DNA of 64,000 bases from Nitrospirota bacterium (lineage in GTDB: Bacteria > Nitrospirota > UBA9217), in the NCBI GenBank assembly GCA_963751455.1, contig CAVVUN010000003.1:256001-320000 (forward strand), in the 5' to 3' direction. A model generated the notes under the pieces. That model was not told the DNA's origin. It worked only from the letters and a program-made list of their open reading frames with translations, and made no database searches. Of the stretch, positions 41,059 to 50,627 are shown in pieces. A program made the position numbers and the translations under genes. Each line of letters opens with the position of its first letter. The stretch's first letter is position 1.

Positions 41059-41583
41059 TCAGCGTGCATATACGAGCTGCACTAAACCTCTTTCAAACCG
41101 TTTTACATCCTGAAGCGAGAAGGAAAGCCGTGTCTGCATATTGTCGAACAGACGAATGCCCTGGCCCAAAAGCACCGGGACCAGCGTAAGAAAGATTTCG
41201 TCGACAAGTCCCCGATTGATAAACTGCTGCGCAACGTTTGCGCCTCCTTCTATCCATACGTCCTTTCGTCCCGCTTTGTCTTTTGCCGATTTGAGCACCT
41301 CTGCAATATCACCGCGGGTGAATACCGCATCCGGACGCGCCGGTTTTCGGGCCGGAAGATCTTTGGACATGATAAACAGAGGCACCGGATGGGCATTTTC
41401 CCAGCCGCTTTTGATTTCAATGTCGTAGGTTCTTCTTCCCTCGATGATGGCCCCTATTTTCGAAAAAAAAGCATCATAGCCATAATCGACGTTCTGATAA
41501 GGGTCCAACCAGGAGAGGTCGTCTTCTTTTCCGGCTATATACCCGTCAAGCGATATCGCGATATAAAGAATCGTTTTCTGCAC
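41059..41583 (-). CDS. Dihydrofolate reductase/RibD C-terminal family protein
   Basis: AISLDGYIA, GRRTY, WIEGG, VPVLLGQGIRLF. Confidence 0.9.
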   Translation of the reverse strand: MQKTILYIAISLDGYIAGKEDDLSWLDPYQNVDYGYDAFFSKIGAIIEGRRTYDIEIKSGWENAHPVPLFIMSKDLPARKPARPDAVFTRGDIAEVLKSAKDKAGRKDVWIEGGANVAQQFINRGLVDEIFLTLVPVLLGQGIRLFDNMQTRLSFSLQDVKRFERGLVQLVYAR

Positions 41584-41640
41584 AGGTTTATTTTCCTGGA
41601 ATAAAGGCGCACCGGGCCGGTGCAGCCTTGCTGCTGGATG

Positions 41641-42300
41641 TTAATCGAAATCTGACCAGTCGTGCGGACTCTGCCGCAGTTGTTTGAGTTTTTCGAGCTG
41701 CTCCTTGTTCAGCACATCTCGCGCGCGGTTCATTGCGTCCAGCTTTGCTTCGATCATCTGTCTTCGCACATCGAAGATCTTGGCATAGACTGCCCCGATT
41801 TTTTTCGGGTCCGGCCTGTCTGCCGAGTAGAGATCATTCAACTGCGATTCGGCATCGAACGTATTACCTTTCAACGTCCAGAGCTGCTTACGTAAATCGA
41901 GCTCTATCTTGTAGATCCGTGTCCGCTGGTCAACGTTCAGGTCGAGCATCCGCAGCGGACCCGGGAACATCATTCCGTCTCCTCCTCCGTGCCCGCCCAT
42001 CATGCCCTTTCCATGATGTTCCATACAGCTTCCGTCCTGACCGCCTCCCATGCCTTTTCCATGGGATTCCATGCAGCATCCGTGCACAGCGCCGCCCGTC
42101 CCCATACCCGTATCGCCCCCCATGCCCTGCTCCTGCATCATGTCCATATGATGAGGATCCACAGGCTCCTGAGGGCTTTGCTGCTGCGCCGATACAGACA
42201 GCGGCAGGACAGCAAGAATCAGCGCCGCTGCCATGCTTAATGCCAGGGTATGCATAAGAAACCTCCTTCTGCTTGCTCGTTGTTGAAATATTTCTTTCAC
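41641..42300 (-). CDS. Spy/CpxP-family periplasmic protein with a His/Met/Cys-rich linker
   Basis: LDLNVDQ and VLNKEQ LTxxQ motifs; SRRRFL Tat-like signal. Confidence 0.8.
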   Translation of the reverse strand: MKEIFQQRASRRRFLMHTLALSMAAALILAVLPLSVSAQQQSPQEPVDPHHMDMMQEQGMGGDTGMGTGGAVHGCCMESHGKGMGGGQDGSCMEHHGKGMMGGHGGGDGMMFPGPLRMLDLNVDQRTRIYKIELDLRKQLWTLKGNTFDAESQLNDLYSADRPDPKKIGAVYAKIFDVRRQMIEAKLDAMNRARDVLNKEQLEKLKQLRQSPHDWSDFD

Positions 42301-42469
42301 TGTCGCAATTCAGCACCTGTTTTAAATATAGTGGGACGTTCCCGGTTGTCAACCAGCGGGCCTGGCGAGAAAGGATTACGCCCCCAAAAAACTTGCATTA
42401 GCAGCTGACCTGTTGTAAGCTTGCTGCTCAGAACGAGCGGTTTTTCGAAGGAACTGCGGGCAGATTGAC

Positions 42470-43795
42470 ATGACGATCAGGAACCATACTCTTGAAGACG
42501 GCGCGAATATCGCGGTCATTGGCGGCGGCCCCTCGGGCTCGTTCTTCAGCATCTTTGCGCTCAAGATGGCGCGAATGCTCGGGAAAGAGCTGAAGGTCAC
42601 GATCTTCGAGCCAAAGGATTTCACCAAAACCGGTCCGGCCGGCTGCAACCACTGCGGCGGCATTATTTCGGAACTGCTGCTGCAAACCCTGGCCGTCGAG
42701 GGCATCAACCTTCCTGAAACGGTTGTCCGCAAAGGCATTGACTCCTACAAGCTCCACACAAACCACGGAAGTGTGTTCATCACCACACCCGCCTTTGATA
42801 AGACCATTGCGACGGTGTCGCGCGGCGGCGGCCCGAAAGGGGTCATGGTCGAGGGGAAGGAAAGCTTCGATCAGTTTCTGCTGAGCGCTGCCGAACAGGA
42901 AGGCGCGGTGCGCAAGCCGCTGATGGTCGACCATCTCGAATTCCGAGAGGGGTTGCCGCGCCTGTTCTCAAACAAGCAGGAGGTCATGACAGCCGATGTG
43001 GTGGTGGGTGCTTTCGGTGTAAATGGCCGGACGACGAAGCTCGTTGAGAACATGGGGTTCGGCTATCAGGAGCCGCCCGTAGTCACGGCCGCCATTGCCG
43101 AACTCGGCATGAGCCCGGACGCCATCGCCGAACGCTTCGGAAATTCCATTCATCTGTTCCTTATCCCGGACAAAGGCGTCAAGTTCGCGGCAATGATTCC
43201 CAAAGGCTCGTATGTAACCCTCTGCATCCTCGGGAACGCCGTCAATTCCAAGACCGTCGCGGATTTTCTGGAAAAGCCGGTTGCGCAGGCGCTGCTGAAG
43301 GACATTGATTACCGGCTGGAGTGCCGGTGTCTCCCGAAGATGAACGTGGGCGCGCCAAAAATACCTTTTGCCGACCGGATGGTCATGTGCGGCGACGCGG
43401 GCTCCACACGGTTGTTCAAGGACGGTTTGGGGGCAGCGTACCTCATGGGCAAGGCGGCGGCAAAGACCGTGGTGTTTCACGGCGTGAGCCGCGAGGATTT
43501 CAAACAAGGGTACCATCCCGTCTATAAAAGCATTATCACCGACAACTACTACGGGCGCTACCTCTATACCATCACGGATATTTACCGGAAGAACGGCTTC
43601 CTCACCAGGGGAATGCTGAACGTGGTCCGGACGGAACAGCGCCGGTCCGGGAACGACCGGATCCTGAGCTCGATCCTCTGGGACATGTTCACCGGCAATG
43701 AACGGTATAAGGCCATTCTGCCGCGGGCGTTGAGCGTCAGGATGCATCTCGATCTCTGGCGCACCTTTGCCGGGCAGTTGGTGGGGCTCTCGTAA
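42470..43795 (+). CDS. FAD-dependent oxidoreductase, geranylgeranyl-reductase-like
   Basis: VIGGGPSG, CNHCGG, GDAGS…DGLG. Confidence 0.85.
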   Translation: MTIRNHTLEDGANIAVIGGGPSGSFFSIFALKMARMLGKELKVTIFEPKDFTKTGPAGCNHCGGIISELLLQTLAVEGINLPETVVRKGIDSYKLHTNHGSVFITTPAFDKTIATVSRGGGPKGVMVEGKESFDQFLLSAAEQEGAVRKPLMVDHLEFREGLPRLFSNKQEVMTADVVVGAFGVNGRTTKLVENMGFGYQEPPVVTAAIAELGMSPDAIAERFGNSIHLFLIPDKGVKFAAMIPKGSYVTLCILGNAVNSKTVADFLEKPVAQALLKDIDYRLECRCLPKMNVGAPKIPFADRMVMCGDAGSTRLFKDGLGAAYLMGKAAAKTVVFHGVSREDFKQGYHPVYKSIITDNYYGRYLYTITDIYRKNGFLTRGMLNVVRTEQRRSGNDRILSSILWDMFTGNERYKAILPRALSVRMHLDLWRTFAGQLVGLS

Positions 43796-43861
43796 AAAAC
43801 GGGATGAAAACATTCCAGCACCGTTAGACTAAAAAATCTCCGCACTGCGGAGAAGGATTCT

Positions 43862-43954
43862 ACCGCGAAGACGCGAAGGTCGCGAAGGAAATCCTGAAGT
43901 TTTGAATTAAAGTAAAAACCCAGTATTTTGTTGTCCTCGCGTACTTCGCGGTTC
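43862..43954. repeat. Nonamer-repeat inverted element
   Basis: CGCGAAGACGCGAAGGTCGCGAAGG … CCTCGCGTACTTCGCGGTT. Confidence 0.6.
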
Positions 43955-44033
43955 CAATGTTATGGTTTCAGCTGCCTGGTCTTTTCTTACTTGTGACCTG
44001 CAGAACATTGAAATATTTTCCAGGAGGCGCCTT

Positions 44034-44429
44034 ATGAGAGACGGAGAGCTTGGAAGAGTTTACAAGGACGGCGAGCCCATATGCACTGAGGGCGATCAAG
44101 GCGACGTGATGTACGTTATCCAGACCGGGAAAGTGGCGATCACCAAGCATGCTCCGGCCGGAGAGATGACGCTCGCTACGCTCCAGGGCGGAGATATCTT
44201 CGGAGAGATGGCGCTGTTCGACAAAATGCCGCGTTCCGCAACGGCAAGGGCGATCGGCGAGGCGCGCGTGCTGAGCATCGACAAGAAAAAGCTTTTTCTC
44301 ACGATCAGCCATGACCCGACGCTGGTATTCAAGATGCTCGACACCATGAGCCGGCGGATACGCACACTGAACGAGAACCTGGCCGGCCAATCGGAAGCAA
44401 GAACGGAAATACAGAAGTTATTCTACTAA
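44034..44429 (+). CDS. Stand-alone cyclic-nucleotide-binding domain protein
   Basis: FGEMALFDKMPRSATARA; SD AGGAGG. Confidence 0.9.
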   Translation: MRDGELGRVYKDGEPICTEGDQGDVMYVIQTGKVAITKHAPAGEMTLATLQGGDIFGEMALFDKMPRSATARAIGEARVLSIDKKKLFLTISHDPTLVFKMLDTMSRRIRTLNENLAGQSEARTEIQKLFY

Positions 44430-44477
44430 TCCGGGTTCCCAATCCGGGAAAAGCATTTAGCTCAGGAATTTTCTTAA

Positions 44478-44506
44478 AAGGGGAGGGACGTGATGTCCCT
44501 CCCCTT
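44478..44506. terminator. Hairpin terminator
   Basis: AAGGGGAGGGAC-GTGAT-GTCCCTCCCCTT. Confidence 0.6.
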
Positions 44507-44784
44507 GCTTTGTGATATTCTGCACTCGAGTCACACCAAGAAATCTTACCTCATTATAGTTATTGACATTCGCAACAAATTACCTTACTCTTTGTTGAAT
44601 TTGTGGCCACAAAAGGCACATAACGCACATAAAAAGCCAAATAAACCTTTTGTGAATTTTGCGGCATAAAAACAGGGGAGAGAGACGGAGACACCTTCTG
44701 GAATTTCAACAAAGTTCTCCGGGTTCGCTTGGCGTCTGTGCCAAAAATATTTATCGTTGCGACTTTGATCAAAAGGAGAGCTCA

Positions 44785-45537
44785 ATGAAAAGAATCTTCA
44801 AACAAACGGCAGGTATTTTCGCTGTGTTTCTTCTGGTTTCCTGCGGCAGCGGCCAGCAGTCTTCCCGACAGGAAGAGAATGCGAAAAGCGGCGCTTCCCA
44901 GAGTGAAAGCGCGAATACTGAGGACGGCATCGGCAATAACGCCTATCAACAAAACAGCATCACGACCGCCGGCACCGGGACCTCACCGCGTTTGATCACG
45001 GACCTGACCGGTTCGACGATGATCCCGGTCTGCAGTGGAAGGACCGGAACTGCCGGACCCGCGGGAACCATGGGACCCGGCGGAAGAACGGAATCCGCCG
45101 GCATGAGGGGCAGCATGGGACGGACAGGAACCACCGGAAGGACGGGGTCCATGAGAGGCACAGTAACCACCGAACCGTCTATTGTCCAGGTCACGATTGA
45201 CATCAGGCCAGGCGGAGCTCCGAACAGCATCAATCCGGGGAGTCAGGGTGTGACGCCGGCCGCGATCTTATCATCGCCGGGCTTCGACGCCTCAGCGGCA
45301 GTGGATCCTGCATCGCTCACCTTCGGCGCTACAGGAGATGAGCCGAGTCTTGCATTCTGCGATAGCGGGTACGAGGACGTTAATAATGACGGTTTATCCG
45401 ATCTGGTCTGCCACTTTACCACCCAATTGACGGGTTTCAAAAGCGGAGATGCAGTGGGCATCTTAAAAGGACGGACGACCGATGATGCAGCTTTTGAGGG
45501 ATCAGATTCAGTACGTATTGTGTCTTCCGCAGAATAG
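44785..45537 (+). CDS. Lipoprotein with Gly-X-X collagen-like linker and C-terminal IDIxPG…NSINP domain
   Basis: Lipobox LVSC; (G-x-x)n tract; DVNNDGLSDL EF-hand-like loop. Confidence 0.8.
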   Translation: MKRIFKQTAGIFAVFLLVSCGSGQQSSRQEENAKSGASQSESANTEDGIGNNAYQQNSITTAGTGTSPRLITDLTGSTMIPVCSGRTGTAGPAGTMGPGGRTESAGMRGSMGRTGTTGRTGSMRGTVTTEPSIVQVTIDIRPGGAPNSINPGSQGVTPAAILSSPGFDASAAVDPASLTFGATGDEPSLAFCDSGYEDVNNDGLSDLVCHFTTQLTGFKSGDAVGILKGRTTDDAAFEGSDSVRIVSSAE

Positions 45538-45559
45538 AAGCATGACGTAGTTGTAGTAA

Positions 45560-45751
45560 TTAACATCCATTGTGGTGCACGCTGGCGAAGGTGGGAACGT
45601 CCCTGACTTTTCCGAAGCCTCGGGCCTTCGAGGATTTGTATCTAAGCACACAAAACTTAACCGGATGACCCGGCTGGATCGCATAGGCAGGACCTGCCGT
45701 GAATGCTGCTGACACGGCGAGTAAAAGGAACAACTTCAAAAAACGCATCAT
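45560..45751 (-). pseudogene. Signal-peptide stub of a secreted protein, probably truncated
   Basis: MMRFLKLFLLLAVSAAFTAGPAYA-IQPGHP followed by unrecognisable sequence. Confidence 0.5.
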
Positions 45752-45774
45752 GTGGCCTGCTTACTAAATAGTAA

Positions 45775-45853
45775 GCAGGCTGGTTGCGCCACTGGCTCCA
45801 CCACCTACCCTGGCGCCCAAATCGGCCGGGTGGTTTCATAGCCGCCCTCTGGT
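45775..45853 (-). ncRNA. Cyclic di-GMP-II riboswitch, GCG-variant-like
   Basis: GGCGGCUAUGA-AACCACC…UUUGGGCGCC…GGUGGU-GGAGCCAGUGGCGCAACCAGCC fits the class II layout (UGA/GA k-turn, GCGCC:GGCGC pseudoknot), with GCG in place of GAA. Confidence 0.8.
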
Positions 45854-46054
45854 TAATAAAAAGTAGCCTTCGGGAACACCTAAGAACGTTCACCCCCTCT
45901 CTCGTTTTAATCAATATCCCATATAAGTAAAACATAAAAACGATAAAGCGTGTGTGATCTGAATTACAAATCGTTATATAGTTATTCCCTCATGAAATGG
46001 TTTTGATATGCAGTAAACTGATCGGCGCAAGGGGGATATTGCGGCGGTCACAAA

Positions 46055-47302
46055 TTACCAGGCTCCGCCGTTTGAGAGGACAAAGATATCGGCAACGGGA
46101 GTTCCGTCGGCATTCACAAACCTGCCGTGGATATCGCCGTATTTCTGCTGATCAGGATAATTGTTTCCAATCAGCCCGTAACCCCATGCCGCAAAATACC
46201 GATGATTAACGCTGTCATAGGCAAGCGTCGGATGGCGGTCCCCATGGTAATCGGAATGTGACAGCATGAGATTGGCGCTCGATACGGCATTGTCTGCAGT
46301 CCCGTCTGCGGCAAGCGCCTGGCCGTATATGCGTTCATTGCCCAGGGTGTTGTCGCCATATATAATGAAGTATTTTTGGCCGGCGGGGTCATATGCGGAT
46401 CGGTGATATAAAACATTGCGTTCACCGGTTGAGATCGTAAGGAAGGTGCTGAACGGACCTCCCGCTGAATTCAGAACTTGTCCTTTGAGGGAATAGACTC
46501 CGGTGTCCGGATCGGATTCTTCCCATGTGACCAGAAATCTTGAATTGATCGTGTCACGGGCTGCAGACGGCCGATATTGCAAGCCGCTCGCTGCAGATAT
46601 CAGGAATTCCGGAACAGCAAACGAACCATCCGGGTTGATGATGCAGCCTCGTATCCCGTGGCCGCCGCTTTCCCAGGCACAGAAGAACCTATTATTGATG
46701 CCGTCGTATATTAGCGCAGGAGAGACGCCTGCTGCTGCGGTCTCGGAGACTATTATTTGACGTCCGGCAAGCACGCCGTCCGCGGTTATACCTTGAGCGC
46801 TCAAACTGTCAATGTTCGAGAAATGTCTTTCTCCCCATACGACCAGAAACGAGCCCTGGGCATCATCATAGGCCGCTGACGAACACCCGGGGAACGATGC
46901 ATTTCCGGACACGGAAAAGGATGGCCCGTACAGGGTTCCGTCTCCGTTTATAAGCTGTCCGTAAACGGCATTTGATCCGGTCCAGACGACAAGGAATTTC
47001 TGATGAAGCCCGTCATAGGCTGCTGAGGGGCAGAAATATTGGGAATCGGCTTCGGAAATCGTGAGCTCAGCGCCGGTCGGTGCTCCCTCATTGCCGACGA
47101 ACCTCCCCGAAATACGCCCTTCATTCTTTTTCCCGAATCTCTGTTTCACATATACTGCAAAAAACCTGTTGGCTGTGTCATCGTAGACAGCGGCCGGAGC
47201 AGATGCGCCGCCTGTATCCGACGTTCCTCCCGGACACGCGTTGAGCGTGAGGCACAAACAGAACAGTACCCCGATAGAGACTATTTTTGTTTTTGTCGGC
47301 AT
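46055..47302 (-). CDS. Lipoprotein with repeated AYD…FLVVW…G units (beta-propeller-like)
   Basis: Lipobox LNAC; about 7 repeats of roughly 55 aa. Confidence 0.8.
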   Translation of the reverse strand: MPTKTKIVSIGVLFCLCLTLNACPGGTSDTGGASAPAAVYDDTANRFFAVYVKQRFGKKNEGRISGRFVGNEGAPTGAELTISEADSQYFCPSAAYDGLHQKFLVVWTGSNAVYGQLINGDGTLYGPSFSVSGNASFPGCSSAAYDDAQGSFLVVWGERHFSNIDSLSAQGITADGVLAGRQIIVSETAAAGVSPALIYDGINNRFFCAWESGGHGIRGCIINPDGSFAVPEFLISAASGLQYRPSAARDTINSRFLVTWEESDPDTGVYSLKGQVLNSAGGPFSTFLTISTGERNVLYHRSAYDPAGQKYFIIYGDNTLGNERIYGQALAADGTADNAVSSANLMLSHSDYHGDRHPTLAYDSVNHRYFAAWGYGLIGNNYPDQQKYGDIHGRFVNADGTPVADIFVLSNGGAW

Positions 47303-47416
47303 CGTTGATGCCTCCTCGGTATTTCTATTTTTTCTCTGTGTCTGCGGTGCGCTCTGCGGCACAGTGTTCCACTATATTGGATCTCTGCGGGCGCAGCAGT
47401 TCCGTCCCCGGTAAAG

Positions 47417-48511
47417 CTACCACAGAATTCCCGCCATCACACCAGCCGTGATAGTCTGCCCGAGCTGCCCGAACGCGCCGGGAGTGCCTTTTCTGTCATA
47501 AGAAGCAACCTGCAGCGAGGGATCCACGTAGAAATTATACGGACCAAAAAGCATTTTATAACCCGTATGAATATTCGCTTCGGTCAGGAAAGTTTTCCCT
47601 TTCCCTGTTGTTACAAACGGTGTCCCAAGGTCGTCTTTCCAGGTGCCCTCAACCCACCAGCGGCCGACACCGAGGCCCATATACCAACCCTGTTGCGCGC
47701 GCCCGCCGGGATAGAAGCGGGCCCCGATTTCCGCGCCCATCCCGCGCGCTGTTTCAGCATACGATTCGGTGTCGCATCGATAGGCCACGTACCCGATTTT
47801 CGCGTACGCAGCCATGAAGCGGAAGACGGTTATTTCGGGGGATAGTGAGAAGGTATATCCGAAGTCATCATACGCATCCGTCATAAAGCCCGATACTCCG
47901 AAGCCAAGGGTATTCTTCCCGGCCAATGCATTCTTCGGTTCCTTCTCAACGGGTTGTTGGACTGACTTTCTGCCTGCACGGGCTGCGGTCTCGCTGGTTG
48001 CTCCGGCTCCACTGTTCACGACGCCGCCCGATATCGTATTTGCTATCTTATCTGTAATTTCGTCGCTTATCCCGTTTATACATCTTTTCCAGCTTCTTTT
48101 TGACCTTTCCGCAATCTGTCCGGATGCAATCGTCTCACTGCTTTTTTCGAGGACATAATCGACGGATACCTTTGCACTCCGGCCAAACGGATGTAAAAAA
48201 CCGAATTTCAAGTAAACGAGATTATAAGCAAGAACATAACGATCAGGTTGCTTCTTCTGGTCTTCATCATCGGAAGTGACAACGTTAAAGCCGCGCGCAT
48301 TCAGCTTTTGAGCGATGGATCTTTTCAGCCTTGCATCGATCGCGCGTTGCTGGTCCCGGTGCGAGCCCTCGGTCTGCGCGGTTATAGTGCTTCTCGAAAC
48401 GAGCAGGATCGTCTCGTCCTGCGAAGGCCCTCCGTTTTCGCCGGCACGGGAAATTCCCTCTAAAAAAAGAAGGGACGAAAGCATAACAACCGAAAGAAAA
48501 AGTTTCATCAT
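47417..48511 (-). CDS. Exported protein with a C-terminal outer-membrane beta-barrel-like domain
   Basis: Signal peptide; amphipathic strands (GARFYP, GWYMGLG); terminal aromatic residue. Confidence 0.75.
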   Translation of the reverse strand: MMKLFLSVVMLSSLLFLEGISRAGENGGPSQDETILLVSRSTITAQTEGSHRDQQRAIDARLKRSIAQKLNARGFNVVTSDDEDQKKQPDRYVLAYNLVYLKFGFLHPFGRSAKVSVDYVLEKSSETIASGQIAERSKRSWKRCINGISDEITDKIANTISGGVVNSGAGATSETAARAGRKSVQQPVEKEPKNALAGKNTLGFGVSGFMTDAYDDFGYTFSLSPEITVFRFMAAYAKIGYVAYRCDTESYAETARGMGAEIGARFYPGGRAQQGWYMGLGVGRWWVEGTWKDDLGTPFVTTGKGKTFLTEANIHTGYKMLFGPYNFYVDPSLQVASYDRKGTPGAFGQLGQTITAGVMAGILW

Positions 48512-48551
48512 GATTCGCGACCCCCCCTCGCGAATGCCTATGCATATCCCT

Positions 48552-49028
48552 TCAGGCAGCTACTGTTTTAAATACGGCCGTGGAACCGGCGGTAAGATAT
48601 ATTTTTTGTCCAACGACATTCTCTGCGTCATCGCCCATGCGCAGTGTGTACTCCTTGTCCGGCTCCAGATCGGATGAGGGAGTCACCGTTATTGTACGCG
48701 GCGTATCCCACGTTTTGACGAAGATCACTGGAACATAGCTTGAATCCGCCAAAAAAACAGTTGCAGGCGCGGATGTATTCATGTCATCGGTAAATTCGAT
48801 CGTAAATTTTGTATGGAGAGGAATATTTTGATTTATTGGATTCTTCTGAAGCAGCATTGTCCGTGATTGATCATCGAGAAAATACATCCCGCTGACCATG
48901 GGACCGACCAAAACCGACCCCGGTCCGTATTCGCCGCACGCGATCGGGGTCCCGAGAAGAAGGGACGCGGAAGAGAGGGTTGCAAAGCGTATTAAAAATT
49001 CCCGCCGTGAATAATCGTGAGGATTCAT
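48552..49028 (-). CDS. Tat-signal lipoprotein with EYGP motif and SbsA/Big_5-like Ig domain (putative rSAM substrate 2)
   Basis: SRREFL, PIAC-GEYGP, IEFTDDMN…PSSDLEPDKEYTL. Confidence 0.85.
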   Translation of the reverse strand: MNPHDYSRREFLIRFATLSSASLLLGTPIACGEYGPGSVLVGPMVSGMYFLDDQSRTMLLQKNPINQNIPLHTKFTIEFTDDMNTSAPATVFLADSSYVPVIFVKTWDTPRTITVTPSSDLEPDKEYTLRMGDDAENVVGQKIYLTAGSTAVFKTVAA

Positions 49029-49051
49029 ATGACGCCGCCTTTGGAAGACCC

Positions 49052-49522
49052 TTATACGGTTACCGTTTTAAAAACGGCTGTCGCGCTCTCGGTCAGCCAC
49101 AGATTGTAGCCTCTCGCGTCTTTGGTGTCATCACCAAGACGCAGCGTATATTCAGTATCAGGCGCCAGATTCTCTGCGGGGACCACCGTTAACAGACGGA
49201 CCGTCTCCCAGACTTTATTGTCGCATCCGACAGAGGTATTGGCAGGACCGGTCAGAGAAACCGAGGCCGGCGTCGCGGTATTCATGTCGTCGGTGAACTC
49301 GATCGTAAATTTTGTCTGCAAAGGCACGTTTTGAATGTTCTGAAGCAGCATGTTGCGCCCCTCGGCGTCGAGAAAATAGATGCCGCTCACCATGGGATAC
49401 TCCTGTTGGGAGCCCATCGGGCCGTAACAGGCCGTCGTGGTCACGCTGAGCATCAGCGCACCGGACGAAAGATAAGCGAACTTCTTTAGAAATTCCCTGC
49501 GCGAATAATCATCGTTCATCAT
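49052..49522 (-). CDS. Tat-signal lipoprotein with CYGP motif and SbsA/Big_5-like Ig domain (putative rSAM substrate 1)
   Basis: SRREFLK, TTAC-YGP, IEFTDDMN…PAENLAPDTEYTL; overlaps the rSAM stop. Confidence 0.85.
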   Translation of the reverse strand: MMNDDYSRREFLKKFAYLSSGALMLSVTTTACYGPMGSQQEYPMVSGIYFLDAEGRNMLLQNIQNVPLQTKFTIEFTDDMNTATPASVSLTGPANTSVGCDNKVWETVRLLTVVPAENLAPDTEYTLRLGDDTKDARGYNLWLTESATAVFKTVTV

Positions 49523-50627
49523 GGATTCCATCCTCCTGACCGATTTTATCGAGGCAGCAGAAGCCGGCGGGGCTGCTGTCCTGGTCCAATAAGTGGAAGC
49601 CGCCGCCTTCGCAAAGGACCCAGTGCTCGCAGTCTCCGCACTGATGAGAAAACGTCTTCCTTCTGTCGGCGCGGTACCGTGAAAAACCGTTTTTCCAGAT
49701 ATCGATAAAGGGCGTTTCGCTGATATTCCCCTCTATGAATTTTCGCGAGACGCTCGGGCAGCCCGTTACCTTGCCGTCATGCAGTATGCTCCCGATAAGT
49801 ATCCCCGAACCGCAATAATGGAATTCATCCCGGACAACGCACTCCCATTGCGGCCCCCAATAGCCTTCCTCGCTGAGATATACACTGATGTCGGTCTGCG
49901 TTGCCCGCTGTTTTGCGATAAAGCCGAGCATCTTTACGTAATCGGCCTTATCAAGCGAAAGCTCTCCGTTGCGTGAAGCCCTGCCTCTTGAAAAAACCGG
50001 CGTGAAACGGACCGCGGGCGCCTCGAGTCGGATCAGCTCCTCGAGGAAGGCATCGAGATGGTCGATGTTGATACGGTTTACGCAGCAAATCACGTCGAAC
50101 TTATTAAAAAAACGGTCTTCGAGCAAATGACGAACAGCGGAGGTGACGATCCTGTAGGAACCTTTGCAATTTCTCAGCTTTTCATGGTCCGCCTCTATGC
50201 CGTCCAGGCTGACCGAGATCGTCTTCAACTGCGCGTTTTTCAAACGCGCGATCATGGGCCCGTCCAGCAGCATCCCGTTCGTGGTAATCCCCCAGTTGTA
50301 GCCAAGACCCGCGGAAAACGCGCCGACGTCGATGATGTCCGGCCGGAGCAGCGGTTCGCCGCCGATAATCGCAAAAGTGCATTTTTCGGCAGGATAATAT
50401 TTCGCTATGGAGCGGAGTTCCCGCCTGATCACGCCTCCGTCGATTTCGTTTGCCAGTGTGGAATCATTTCGAACGCAGTCGCTGCCGCAGTGGAGACAGG
50501 CAAGGTTGCACCGGAGGGTCGCTTCCCAAAAGAGATATTGCAACGGGGTGGAGCGCTTCAGCTGCTCCTTGCGCTCGATAAAAGCTTCAAGCGCTTTAAC
50601 TTTTTGTTCAATGGAGTTCACGGACAT
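49509..50627 (-). CDS. Radical SAM/SPASM enzyme, rSAM-lipoprotein system (TIGR04133-like, splicease-type)
   Basis: LFWEATLRCNLACLHCGSDC, GGEPL, CGSG…GCPS…EGNI, CGDCEHWVLCEGGGFHL. Confidence 0.9.
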   Translation of the reverse strand: MSVNSIEQKVKALEAFIERKEQLKRSTPLQYLFWEATLRCNLACLHCGSDCVRNDSTLANEIDGGVIRRELRSIAKYYPAEKCTFAIIGGEPLLRPDIIDVGAFSAGLGYNWGITTNGMLLDGPMIARLKNAQLKTISVSLDGIEADHEKLRNCKGSYRIVTSAVRHLLEDRFFNKFDVICCVNRINIDHLDAFLEELIRLEAPAVRFTPVFSRGRASRNGELSLDKADYVKMLGFIAKQRATQTDISVYLSEEGYWGPQWECVVRDEFHYCGSGILIGSILHDGKVTGCPSVSRKFIEGNISETPFIDIWKNGFSRYRADRRKTFSHQCGDCEHWVLCEGGGFHLLDQDSSPAGFCCLDKIGQEDGIHDER

